Source: a virus
Virus record (IMG/VR): IMGVR_UViG_3300034069_001005
Location: 1 to 60,585 of that record
Strand: one strand, 5' to 3'
DNA: 60,585 nt
Under the pieces are notes generated by a model that did not search any database, was not told the DNA's origin, and saw only the letters and a program-made list of their open reading frames with translations. The number at the start of each line of letters is the position of its first letter. The first letter of the stretch is position 1. Both the position numbers and the translations under genes were made by a program. This document shows positions 33,175 through 40,599 of this stretch, piece by piece.

Positions 33175-33177
33175 CCG

Positions 33178-33699
33178 TTAGAGCGTCACGCGGCGCGGCT
33201 TCCCGGGGCGGCGTCTGGTCTGGAGCGTCTCGCCCGGCTCCAGCATGTGGATCGAGCCCGGCGCGTCATCCGGAAGCTGTGCGGCCTCATTGGCCGCGAA
33301 CAGGGGCGCGGCCTCCTTCTCGACGGCGTCGATCACCTTGGCGGCCTCTCTGGCGGCCTCGATGTCACCCGCGCTGGCCGCGGCGCGCAGGTTGGCGATG
33401 GCCGTTTCCCGGGCGTCCTGGAGCCGCAACAGCTGGGGGTCGTCGATCCTGGTGGTGTCCTCCAGGAGCGCCAGGCGCATCCCCATCACCGCCTCGGTGC
33501 TGGCGGAGATCATGGAGCCGTTCTGTGCGTCCTCCCCCTCGATCGTCAGCGCCACGGGATGCGGGACGAGCGAGCGCAGCTGGATGTAGATGCCACCCTC
33601 CAGCAGGAACTCGACGAAGGCGGCGTCGCCGTTGGCCATGAGATGGTTCTTGGCGCGCTCCAGCTGGGCGTTGGTGAAGTAGGGTCTGGTCATAGGCAT
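33178..33699 (-). CDS. Hypothetical protein, 173 aa
   Basis: GAGGA RBS and high GC3. Last gene of the inverted cassette. Confidence 0.55.
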   Translation of the reverse strand: MPMTRPYFTNAQLERAKNHLMANGDAAFVEFLLEGGIYIQLRSLVPHPVALTIEGEDAQNGSMISASTEAVMGMRLALLEDTTRIDDPQLLRLQDARETAIANLRAAASAGDIEAAREAAKVIDAVEKEAAPLFAANEAAQLPDDAPGSIHMLEPGETLQTRRRPGKPRRVTL

Positions 33700-33769
33700 G
33701 GCGGATCCTCGGTGAGCCGGAAGCGACTCCGACAGGGCACCGGATCACCCGATGCCCTGGCAGCGTCGC

Positions 33770-34042
33770 TCATTGCATGGTGTGGTCGATGCCCTCGATC
33801 ATCGCCGCGCGCTGTGCCGCCTCGATGTCACGGGCCCGCGCCAGGTCCACGAAGCGCGGCATCAGCGCCACCAGGTGCTCCTTGGCCTTGTCGAGCCCCA
33901 TGGTCGACTGCGCCAGGCCCGCCGCGGCCACCATCATGGCGAAAGCCGCGTTGATGCCGGCCTCGTGCCCGCGGTCCTCCATAATGGCCACCAGCTGGCC
34001 CTCGAAAAACGCAATGTCCTCGTCGAGCAGGCTGGGCTTCAC
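33770..34042 (-). CDS. Hypothetical protein, 90 aa
   Basis: GTG start overlapping the upstream TGA (GTGA). Confidence 0.5.
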   Translation of the reverse strand: MKPSLLDEDIAFFEGQLVAIMEDRGHEAGINAAFAMMVAAAGLAQSTMGLDKAKEHLVALMPRFVDLARARDIEAAQRAAMIEGIDHTMQ

Positions 34043-34392
34043 GGCGCCATCCGATCGGCTTCGGCCTGGGCCGCCGAGACGTGGTTGGCGGCACGCGCGC
34101 GCTGCGCGGCCTCCGCGGGCGCGGTGAGGATCAGCGCGGCGGTGAGCGCCGCCATCGCGGCCGACGTCGCCCGGTAGGCGCAGGCGCGCTGCCAGAGGCG
34201 GTCCGCCACGCGGCGGCGCGTCGGGGTGGGCGGCGCGCGAAGCGTCTCCCCGACCGCGACGGCGGCCAGAAAGTCCGCATCATCGGGGGTCTGGATCGTC
34301 TCGACGCATCGCGGGGCAATGTGGATCATGATGGCGGCGGTGAGGTCCGGATCGAGATCCAGGATCGGGAGCGGCATGGTGGCGACTCTCAT
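34039..34392 (-). CDS. Hypothetical protein, 117 aa
   Basis: Trimmed from track ORF 34039..34803 to the first ATG after the DUF932 gene stop. High GC3 downstream of that ATG. Confidence 0.4.
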   Translation of the reverse strand: MRVATMPLPILDLDPDLTAAIMIHIAPRCVETIQTPDDADFLAAVAVGETLRAPPTPTRRRVADRLWQRACAYRATSAAMAALTAALILTAPAEAAQRARAANHVSAAQAEADRMAP

Positions 34393-34447
34393 ACGGGGGA
34401 AGTCCCGCGCGGCTGGCGGCCCGTGAAGGCCGCCACACGCTCGGGGC

Positions 34448-35665
34448 TCACGCCACCACGACACGGTCCAGGATGCGCTTCGCGTCGAGCTCCAGTTCCA
34501 TGCGCGTGTCGGCGTTGGGCTCGTCACGGGCCTGCGCCGTAATGCCCTGGGCCATCGTCCAGGCCGACACCGGCCGGTCGCGCTTGTCGCCCTGGCGCTC
34601 CTCGTCCACGATCCGGTCGAAGATGGCCATGGCGCGCTTGCGGGCGATGTTACGGCCGGCCAGGAAGTCCATCGCGGCCTCCTTGTTGTCGGCCACCACC
34701 AGGCGCTTGGCGCGCTCCACGCCCTCCTTGAGCGCCCGTGCGCTCCCATCGGCGAAGGACTTGAGCGCGGGGCGCGCCTCCTCGAGGAAACGGGCCGGCG
34801 CATACTTCGTGTGCCGCATGGTGAGCTCCTCGAACCGCTCCACGCCCCAAAGGATGCGGTTCTGGCAGACGGCGCGGAGGTACATGGCGCCCAGCTTGAG
34901 CGAGCCCGCGCCCACCTCGGAGTTCGTGACGTAGAAGCCGCGGAACATGAGATCGGGCGACCCGTCGGGCAGCTTGCCGACCTCGACGGGCGCGAGATCC
35001 TGGCAGAGGAAGACGAACAGCGAGCGATCGTTGGCGAACAGCGTGGTGGTGTCCTTGGTCACCTCCACGTCCGGATTGTAGAGGCCCGTCGCCCAATCCA
35101 GGACGCCCGGGACCTTCCAACGGTTGTCGCCGCTCTCCGCGGCCGTCGCCAGGCGGATGGCCTCCGCGACCTCCCAATTGAAGATGCGGCCATAATCCGG
35201 GCCGGTGATCGCCCGCGCCTCCTGGCCATCGGCGAACAGCTTGACCTCATCCTCCCGATTGTAGCGCAGGCCGTAGGAGAGGGCGTCGGCGACAATGGGG
35301 GTGGGCAGCTTCTTGAGGTAGGCGCCAGGCGCGCCCGCCAGCCCGCAGGCCTGGCCAAAGGCCCAATTGGTGGGCGCCACCACGTCACCCGTGGGCAGGC
35401 CGAAAAGCAGCTGCTGGCTTTTGCCGATCGCCACGTCACGGCTGTCGGTGTCCTGGATCTCGGGCGCCAGCACCTCGATGCCGCGCGGCTTGATCGTCAT
35501 CTCCCGGGTCGCATCGGCGCGGGCCTTGAGCGAGGCCTGGAGATCCTCGAGCGACAGAAACCGCTCGTCGGCCGACCGGCTCATCCATTGGCGGGACAGG
35601 ATGTCCATGGACGTGCCGGCGGAGGTGGAAACCTTGTAGGCGGAGGGCTTGGTGATCGCGTTCAT
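34448..35665 (-). CDS. DUF932 (phage/plasmid-like) family protein
   Basis: 405 aa from ATG 35665 with an AGGAGC RBS. The motifs ...FANDRSLFVFL...MFRGFYVTNSEVGAGSLKLGAMYLRAVCQNRILWG... are typical of DUF932. Confidence 0.7.
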   Translation of the reverse strand: MNAITKPSAYKVSTSAGTSMDILSRQWMSRSADERFLSLEDLQASLKARADATREMTIKPRGIEVLAPEIQDTDSRDVAIGKSQQLLFGLPTGDVVAPTNWAFGQACGLAGAPGAYLKKLPTPIVADALSYGLRYNREDEVKLFADGQEARAITGPDYGRIFNWEVAEAIRLATAAESGDNRWKVPGVLDWATGLYNPDVEVTKDTTTLFANDRSLFVFLCQDLAPVEVGKLPDGSPDLMFRGFYVTNSEVGAGSLKLGAMYLRAVCQNRILWGVERFEELTMRHTKYAPARFLEEARPALKSFADGSARALKEGVERAKRLVVADNKEAAMDFLAGRNIARKRAMAIFDRIVDEERQGDKRDRPVSAWTMAQGITAQARDEPNADTRMELELDAKRILDRVVVA

Positions 35666-35733
35666 CGGTTGCTCCTGGCGGCGAGAGGATCCCGCGTGCA
35701 TGCCGCCCCGGGTGGAGCGGCATAGGCTCGGGA

Positions 35734-35979
35734 TCAGGGGGAGGACGGAAGGGGGGCGCGCATCGCCGCGCGGACGTTGCGGCGTTTCTTAGCCTCTGTA
35801 GGCGCAGGGACGCTGGTGATCAGCAGATGGTGAGCGGGGACACCGGCGGCGAGCCGGGCGTCATGCGCGATGCTAATGTCCGAAGCGGCGTAGGATCCCG
35901 CCTCGAACGACCAGGCGGAGGCGCCATTGAAGCCGCAGGCCTCAAGCAGAACGTGGTAGGTGCGAGGCGCGGTGGCCAT
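35734..35979 (-). CDS. Hypothetical protein, 81 aa (first gene of the inverted cassette)
   Basis: AGGAGA RBS. Lies downstream of the minus-strand promoter TTGCTC-16-TATGTT (36054-36027). Confidence 0.5.
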   Translation of the reverse strand: MATAPRTYHVLLEACGFNGASAWSFEAGSYAASDISIAHDARLAAGVPAHHLLITSVPAPTEAKKRRNVRAAMRAPLPSSP

Positions 35980-36029
35980 GTCGATCTCTCCTGCGGGGCG
36001 CTAGGTCAACCGCGCCCTGTCCAATCAAC

Positions 36030-36046
36030 ATAACCGCTGCGGTTAT
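36030..36046. promoter_or_regulatory. Palindrome copy 5 (ATAACCGCTGCGGTTAT, identical to copy 1) in a divergent promoter region
   Basis: Lies between 35979(-) and 36082(+). The minus-strand architecture TTGCTC-gc-palindrome with -10 TATGTT was read directly. Confidence 0.7.
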
Positions 36047-36081
36047 GCGAGCAAGGGCACGAAGCCCGAACGGAGCGAATA

Positions 36082-36705
36082 ATGCGGGTCCCCGTCCAGA
36101 TCGAAATGCTCCAGCAGGGCCAGGTGCTCAAACGGTTTGAAAACCAGATCGCCGCGCTGGGCGACACCCGAGCGCGCATCGCCATGTCACGCGCGATCAA
36201 TCGCGCCACCAGGACCACCTACACCGCGGTGACGCGGGCCCTCCAGATGCAGACCAGCGCGCCCCGGGCGGTGATCCGCCGGGAGGTCGGCATGACGCTA
36301 TCGGCCCAGCAGGGTGCGGGCGCCTTGCAGGGCGTGATCTGGTCTCACGGCAAGGAGCTCCCGCTGTCGGTTTTCAATCCGAGCCAGTTCAGCTACGGCG
36401 TCCGCGCCAAGGTGTGGGGCCGCATGCAGCGGTTCGAGCATGCGTTCATCTTCAAGGGCTCATGGCGGACAGGCGATCCCATCGCGCAGGGCTCCGGAGG
36501 GGCGCACGTCTTCATCCGCAACGGCCGCTTCACCGGCAATAAGGCCAAGGGCGAGAACCGAAACAACGGCTTCGCGGAGATGTTCGGGCCCAGCCTGCCG
36601 AAGGAGATGGTCAAGGACGCTACCCTGGCCGCGTTCCACAAGGTGGCCAGGCAACAGCTGGAGGCGCGCCTACAGCACGAGCTCGGGCGCATGCTCGGGG
36701 TTTGA
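36082..36705 (+). CDS. Lambda gpZ-like minor tail / tail-completion protein (putative)
   Basis: 207 aa. AMSRAINRATRTTYTAVTRAL...ELPLSVF...HAFIF...HVFIRNG...LPKEM follows the conserved spacing of the Minor_tail_Z family. Confidence 0.5.
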   Translation: MRVPVQIEMLQQGQVLKRFENQIAALGDTRARIAMSRAINRATRTTYTAVTRALQMQTSAPRAVIRREVGMTLSAQQGAGALQGVIWSHGKELPLSVFNPSQFSYGVRAKVWGRMQRFEHAFIFKGSWRTGDPIAQGSGGAHVFIRNGRFTGNKAKGENRNNGFAEMFGPSLPKEMVKDATLAAFHKVARQQLEARLQHELGRMLGV

Positions 36706-36739
36706 CGGCGGTCTGAGAAAGCCTACAGTCCGGGTCTCC

Positions 36740-36756
36740 ATAACCGATCCGGATAT
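36740..36756. promoter_or_regulatory. Palindrome copy 6 (ATAACCGATCCGGATAT)
   Basis: 6 bp upstream of ATG 36762. The terminal TAT begins TATGAT. Confidence 0.5.
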
Positions 36757-36761
36757 GATCC

Positions 36762-37457
36762 ATGACCTTGTCGAGCGCCGATCGCGCGGAAGTCCGCGCC
36801 GCTGTCAGGCAGGAGCTTGCGATATACCTCGGGCCGGTTGTCGATCGCGTCGACCACCTCATCAGGCTGGTGGAGCGCGGAAACAAGATGGGCGCGGAAG
36901 TCCGCGGCCTGATCGTCCACGAGCAGGAAAGCATCGATTCCATGAAGCAGCAGACCCAGGATCTCCTCAACAGCGTCGCCGACGTTTCGACCACCCTCAC
37001 GGAGTTCGAGGCCAAGTACGACGCCCACCTGGCGGATCTCCAGGCGGCCCAGGACAGCGGCGACAGCGACGGCATCGACCAGGCCATCGCGGGGCTTCGC
37101 TCGATCAAGTCCGGCCTCTCGGACAAGATCACCGCCATGGGCAGCAAGGCCGACGCGGTGGCGGTGCTCACGCCCAGCCTGCCCGACAGTCCGGCCATCA
37201 CGTCGCTCGGCACGGCCTCCAACGCCACGGCCAACCCGGCCAGCGCCGACCCGAACGCCAAGCCCTTCGACGCGAGCCAGGTCCCCGGTGATTCCCTCGG
37301 CGCCCAGGCCGTCGGCGCCGCCAGCAGCGACGGCAAGCCGGTGGACGGCCACACGGTCGACGACAACCCGGGCCAGGTCCCCACGCCGATCGGCTCGCCC
37401 GCGGTGGTCGATCCGGCCAGCCAGGGCGCGGCCCCGGCCGAGGAACAGGGTTCGTAA
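36762..37457 (+). CDS. Hypothetical coiled-coil protein, 231 aa
   Basis: Helical N-half and a Pro/Ala/Ser-rich C-half. Confidence 0.55.
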   Translation: MTLSSADRAEVRAAVRQELAIYLGPVVDRVDHLIRLVERGNKMGAEVRGLIVHEQESIDSMKQQTQDLLNSVADVSTTLTEFEAKYDAHLADLQAAQDSGDSDGIDQAIAGLRSIKSGLSDKITAMGSKADAVAVLTPSLPDSPAITSLGTASNATANPASADPNAKPFDASQVPGDSLGAQAVGAASSDGKPVDGHTVDDNPGQVPTPIGSPAVVDPASQGAAPAEEQGS

Positions 37458-37491
37458 TCGAACCCCCGGACTTAGATCCAGAGGAATAGGC

Positions 37492-37528
37492 GGCGGCCCG
37501 TGGGAACACGGACCGCCGTTTTCAGTTT
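37492..37528 (+). terminator. Rho-independent terminator
   Basis: Stem GGCGGCCCGTG/CACGGACCGCC (one mismatch), loop GGAA, then GTTTTCAGTTT. Confidence 0.65.
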
Positions 37529-37587
37529 CGATGAAGCGAAAGGTTATTGCGACTTCGCGCCGGACTTAATAACGGTTGTGCCGATAG

Positions 37588-37950
37588 ATGAAACGCTATC
37601 GAGTCGGCGATAACGGGATGTGGGCCATGAATGAGAACATAGAAGGAACGCGGGAGGATCGAGACCTTGCCCTCGACCTCAAGCGGTTCTTGGATCTCGG
37701 CCAGAATGAGAAGTCCATTGCTAGGCTGCACGGCATCCCTCTGGCCCGCGTCAAAGCACTGTTGAAGCTGGTCGACGATCCCAAACGCCCCGTCCGTAAA
37801 GAGGGCACGCCCGAGCCCGCCTCTTGGAACGCCGCTCTGCGCAAGGCAAAGCAGATCATCCGCGAGATCGACATGGCATCCAATCTCCGCACGGGCCACG
37901 ACGTCGCGCTACTCGCCGCTAAGCGTATTGATCAGGAAATGATGCGCTGA
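37588..37950 (+). CDS. HTH-containing small protein, low-GC gene (regulator candidate)
   Basis: 120 aa. NEKSIARLHGIPLARVKALL is HTH-like. GC3 is clearly lower than the genome norm. It is preceded by everted half-sites GGTTAT/ATAACGG. Confidence 0.5.
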   Translation: MKRYRVGDNGMWAMNENIEGTREDRDLALDLKRFLDLGQNEKSIARLHGIPLARVKALLKLVDDPKRPVRKEGTPEPASWNAALRKAKQIIREIDMASNLRTGHDVALLAAKRIDQEMMR

Positions 37951-37984
37951 TGTTTGCGGCCTCGCCGGTTTGGGGCTTGCTTCC

Positions 37985-38001
37985 GTAACCGGCGCGGTTA
38001 T
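37985..38001. promoter_or_regulatory. Palindrome copy 7 (GTAACCGGCGCGGTTAT) inside TTGCTT-16-TATATT
   Basis: The best sigma70-like promoter of the family (37977-38004, +). It lies upstream of the 48-aa ORF and the ParB-like gene. Confidence 0.7.
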
Positions 38002-38054
38002 ATTTCATCTCGTGAGGCGGTTCTAACAGCCCGCTCCGCACGGAGATCGAGATC

Positions 38055-38201
38055 GTGACCTACTTCATCACCGCCCACGTCAACGCCCGCACCCTGGTGA
38101 TCGTCAGCGAAAGCCGCACCACGGACGCCGCAGTGGCCGACATCATCGCCGCGCACCTCAAGGCCCAGGGCCACCACGTCACGCGCCGCCAGGAAGGGTG
38201 A
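38055..38201 (+). CDS. Small protein, 48 aa (below the ORF-track cut-off)
   Basis: GTG start with a GGAGA RBS 8 nt upstream. (M)TYFITAHVNARTLVIVSESRTTDAAVADIIAAHLKAQGHHVTRRQEG. High GC3. Confidence 0.4.
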   Translation: MTYFITAHVNARTLVIVSESRTTDAAVADIIAAHLKAQGHHVTRRQEG

Positions 38202-38269
38202 GCCCATCTGCATGCCGGCGCGCGCCGCCGGCATTCACGCGGGCTTTTCCGTCAACCGAGAGCGATGCC

Positions 38270-39244
38270 ATGAACGCCCAGATCGACCTGGAGGACGACG
38301 TCCTCGACCAGGACACCACCGCCGCCTCCCCGAAGAAGAAGCCGCAGGGCGGCCTCAAGGACATCGCGCTCGGCAAGTCCGACGTGTTCAAGGTCGACCC
38401 GCGCAAGATCCGCGTGAAGGAAGGCTGGAACAGCCGCGATCCCAACGACCCCAGCAACGCCGAGCACATCGACCAGCTGGCCATGTCGATCGCCGAATAT
38501 GGCGTGCAGACGCCCCTGACGATCTTCTGGGAAAACGACGCCCCCGTGGTGGTCGACGGCCATTGCCGCCTAGCGGCCACCATGCTGGCCATCAGCCGCG
38601 GCACGGACGTGGTCTCCGTGCCCTGCATCGTGACGCCGCGCCACCACAATGAGGTGGACCGGATCTTCGCCCAGATCGTCAAGAACATGGGCAAGAAGCT
38701 CGAGCCCATCGAGGCGGCCCGGGTCTACAAGCGCCTGCTCGACCTCGGCGCCGACGAGAAGACGATCGCGGCCAAGTCCGGCATCACGGTGCATCGGCTC
38801 CAGGAGCTCATCCGCCTCCAGGCGGCGCCCTGGAAGGTGACCGACATGGTCACCCGCAAGAAGATCTCGGCCGACCTGGCATCCAAGACGATCCGCGCCC
38901 ACAAGGGCGACGCCGAGGCGGCCACCTCCACCCTGGAGACCGCCGTGGCCAAGGCCGAGGCCGAGGGGCGCTCCAAGGCCACCCTCAAGGATCTCGCACC
39001 GATCCCCGATCGTCAGATGGACATCCTGGCCGACGCCGCGGCGGAGCGCGACGCGAACCAGGTGCAGCAGCCGGCCGGCCGCCATCCGGCATGGATCCAG
39101 GGCATGAAGGATGCGGCCGAGCTCATCCTGGGCGCCGCGATCGGCGATGATGACCTCCGCCTCCAGCTGGTGGCCATGATCGAGGAGCGGGCTGGCCTCA
39201 AGGCCGCGGAGACCACCGAGGCCCCAGAGGCCGACGCGGCCTGA
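38270..39244 (+). CDS. parB: ParB/KorB-family DNA-binding protein
   Basis: 324 aa from an in-frame ATG. ParB N-domain (VDPRKIRV...NSRD...VVVDGHCRLAA) and HTH (LEPIEAARVYKRLLDLGADEKTIAAKSGITVHRLQELIRL). No ParA nearby. Confidence 0.75.
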   Translation: MNAQIDLEDDVLDQDTTAASPKKKPQGGLKDIALGKSDVFKVDPRKIRVKEGWNSRDPNDPSNAEHIDQLAMSIAEYGVQTPLTIFWENDAPVVVDGHCRLAATMLAISRGTDVVSVPCIVTPRHHNEVDRIFAQIVKNMGKKLEPIEAARVYKRLLDLGADEKTIAAKSGITVHRLQELIRLQAAPWKVTDMVTRKKISADLASKTIRAHKGDAEAATSTLETAVAKAEAEGRSKATLKDLAPIPDRQMDILADAAAERDANQVQQPAGRHPAWIQGMKDAAELILGAAIGDDDLRLQLVAMIEERAGLKAAETTEAPEADAA

Positions 39245-39253
39245 ACCCACAAT

Positions 39254-39280
39254 GCCGCCCCCGCGCTGATCGGGGGCGGC
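39254..39280 (+). other. Perfect 10-bp GC hairpin (GCCGCCCCCG-N7-CGGGGGCGGC) after the parB-like gene
   Basis: The arms are the same as in the terminator at 33131. There is no U-tract. Confidence 0.5.
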
Positions 39281-39363
39281 GGGCCAAAGTGACAACCCCG
39301 TGCGATGCTGCTCGATCTGGGCCGGAAACGACCGCCCAGATTTTGCATTTCGGGGGTCAGAAT

Positions 39364-39693
39364 ATGCGCGCCATCATGTTGGCGGCCCTGGTGGCCGTCC
39401 TCCCCGCGTCCGCGAGCTCCGCCGACCTCCCCGAGTGGCAGGCGGTCCGGACGTGCTTCGATCACACGCTGGCCGAGCTCCTGCCGGCGCGTGAGACGGC
39501 CGAGAGCCTGTTCCGCGCGGCCCGCGCCACATGCCGGCCGCAGCTGGACGCCGCGATGGTCGCCATGGCGGCATCGGTTCAGCCCACCCCGTCGGCCGTC
39601 GACATGGCCGTGGTCGGCAAGCAGATCGACGATGGGCTGTTCGCCTACGTGGTCCGCTTCAAGGCCGCTGGGGGGATCCCACCCACGCCATAG
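39364..39693 (+). CDS. Secreted protein, 109 aa (signal peptide)
   Basis: MRAIMLAALVAVLPASASSA/DLPEW. In-frame ATG of track ORF 39289..39693. Confidence 0.55.
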   Translation: MRAIMLAALVAVLPASASSADLPEWQAVRTCFDHTLAELLPARETAESLFRAARATCRPQLDAAMVAMAASVQPTPSAVDMAVVGKQIDDGLFAYVVRFKAAGGIPPTP

Positions 39694-40319
39694 GGCGAGG
39701 CCCAATCCGTTCCGGAATACACACGGGGCGGTGGGCCGCACCAGAGGCGGGCGCCACCTGGTCCCCACCTGGCCTGGTCACCGAATGCAGGGGGGCCAAT
39801 AGCTCACCCTCTCGCCGGGTGATCCCTGCGGGGTGATCCCCGCGCGCCTGGTGCCGCGGCCTATGTGCACGCGCCCGGCGCCGCGCCCCACCACCAGGGC
39901 CGCACCCACCGACCCCCCACCCCCATGCCCTGGCCCGATCCATCCGAGAATGCGGACTCGTGGCCTGCCTCGCCGCATGTCCTGCGCCCCCTGCGCGTGT
40001 GCCCCTCTGTGCGGGCCACACACAGGCCTGCGCTCCACCACGTAGCGGGCACCACGCCAACGCCACGAGCCCGCACACCGGCCCTCTCGCAGGCCCTGTC
40101 GACCGCACCGCGACCAGGCGCGCCCACCCCCCGAGGCCCGCGCGAGGCGGAGGCCCCCCACCCCCGGGGGGGTCTAGGGACCGTAAGGATCGGCAGACGT
40201 CATGCGCAGACGCAGCAGCCCGAGATTCGGCTGTGTTTCCATTTTCCGCATTTCCATGTCGCGTCGCGGGAGGGGCTTGTCGCCACGCGGGCGCGCGAGC
40301 CATATGGATCGGCCACGGC

Positions 40320-40336
40320 ATAACCGCGGCGGTTAC
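40320..40336. promoter_or_regulatory. Palindrome copy 8 (ATAACCGCGGCGGTTAC)
   Basis: 21 bp upstream of ATG 40357, at the end of the C-rich non-coding region. Confidence 0.6.
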
Positions 40337-40356
40337 GAAACGGGGAGACAGCACAC

Positions 40357-40599
40357 ATGGGACAGCCAAAGGTCGGAGGGTGGTTTCTCCACCTCGGCGG
40401 GGAGCCGGTCGAGCTCGACAGCGTCCAGATCCCGGAGGTCCAGGGCGATGATCTGGGCACGCTCACGCTGGAGGCCATCCCGCCGATCCGCATCGAGCTA
40501 CGCGGGCCGGCTCGCCCGTTGTCGCCGCTCCAGCGGATCCAGCGCCCCAGCCGGGCGGGCTTCCTGTCCTCGGCATGCTTCAACAGGAGGGTCGGATGA
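40357..40599 (+). CDS. Hypothetical protein, 80 aa
   Basis: GGGGAGA RBS and high GC3 throughout. ATGA overlap with the next gene. Confidence 0.5.
   Translation: MGQPKVGGWFLHLGGEPVELDSVQIPEVQGDDLGTLTLEAIPPIRIELRGPARPLSPLQRIQRPSRAGFLSSACFNRRVG

Noticed and set aside
34039-34803. The full 254-aa track ORF as one gene
   Set aside because: Its 5' two-thirds lie inside the DUF932 gene in another frame and translate to Arg/Trp/Ser/Pro junk. I trimmed it to the first ATG after the DUF932 stop (34392).
39659-40369. 236-aa minus-strand ORF covering the C-rich region
   Set aside because: The translation is Gly/Arg/Pro/Ala junk without start context. The region is better explained as non-coding (rut-like or origin-like).
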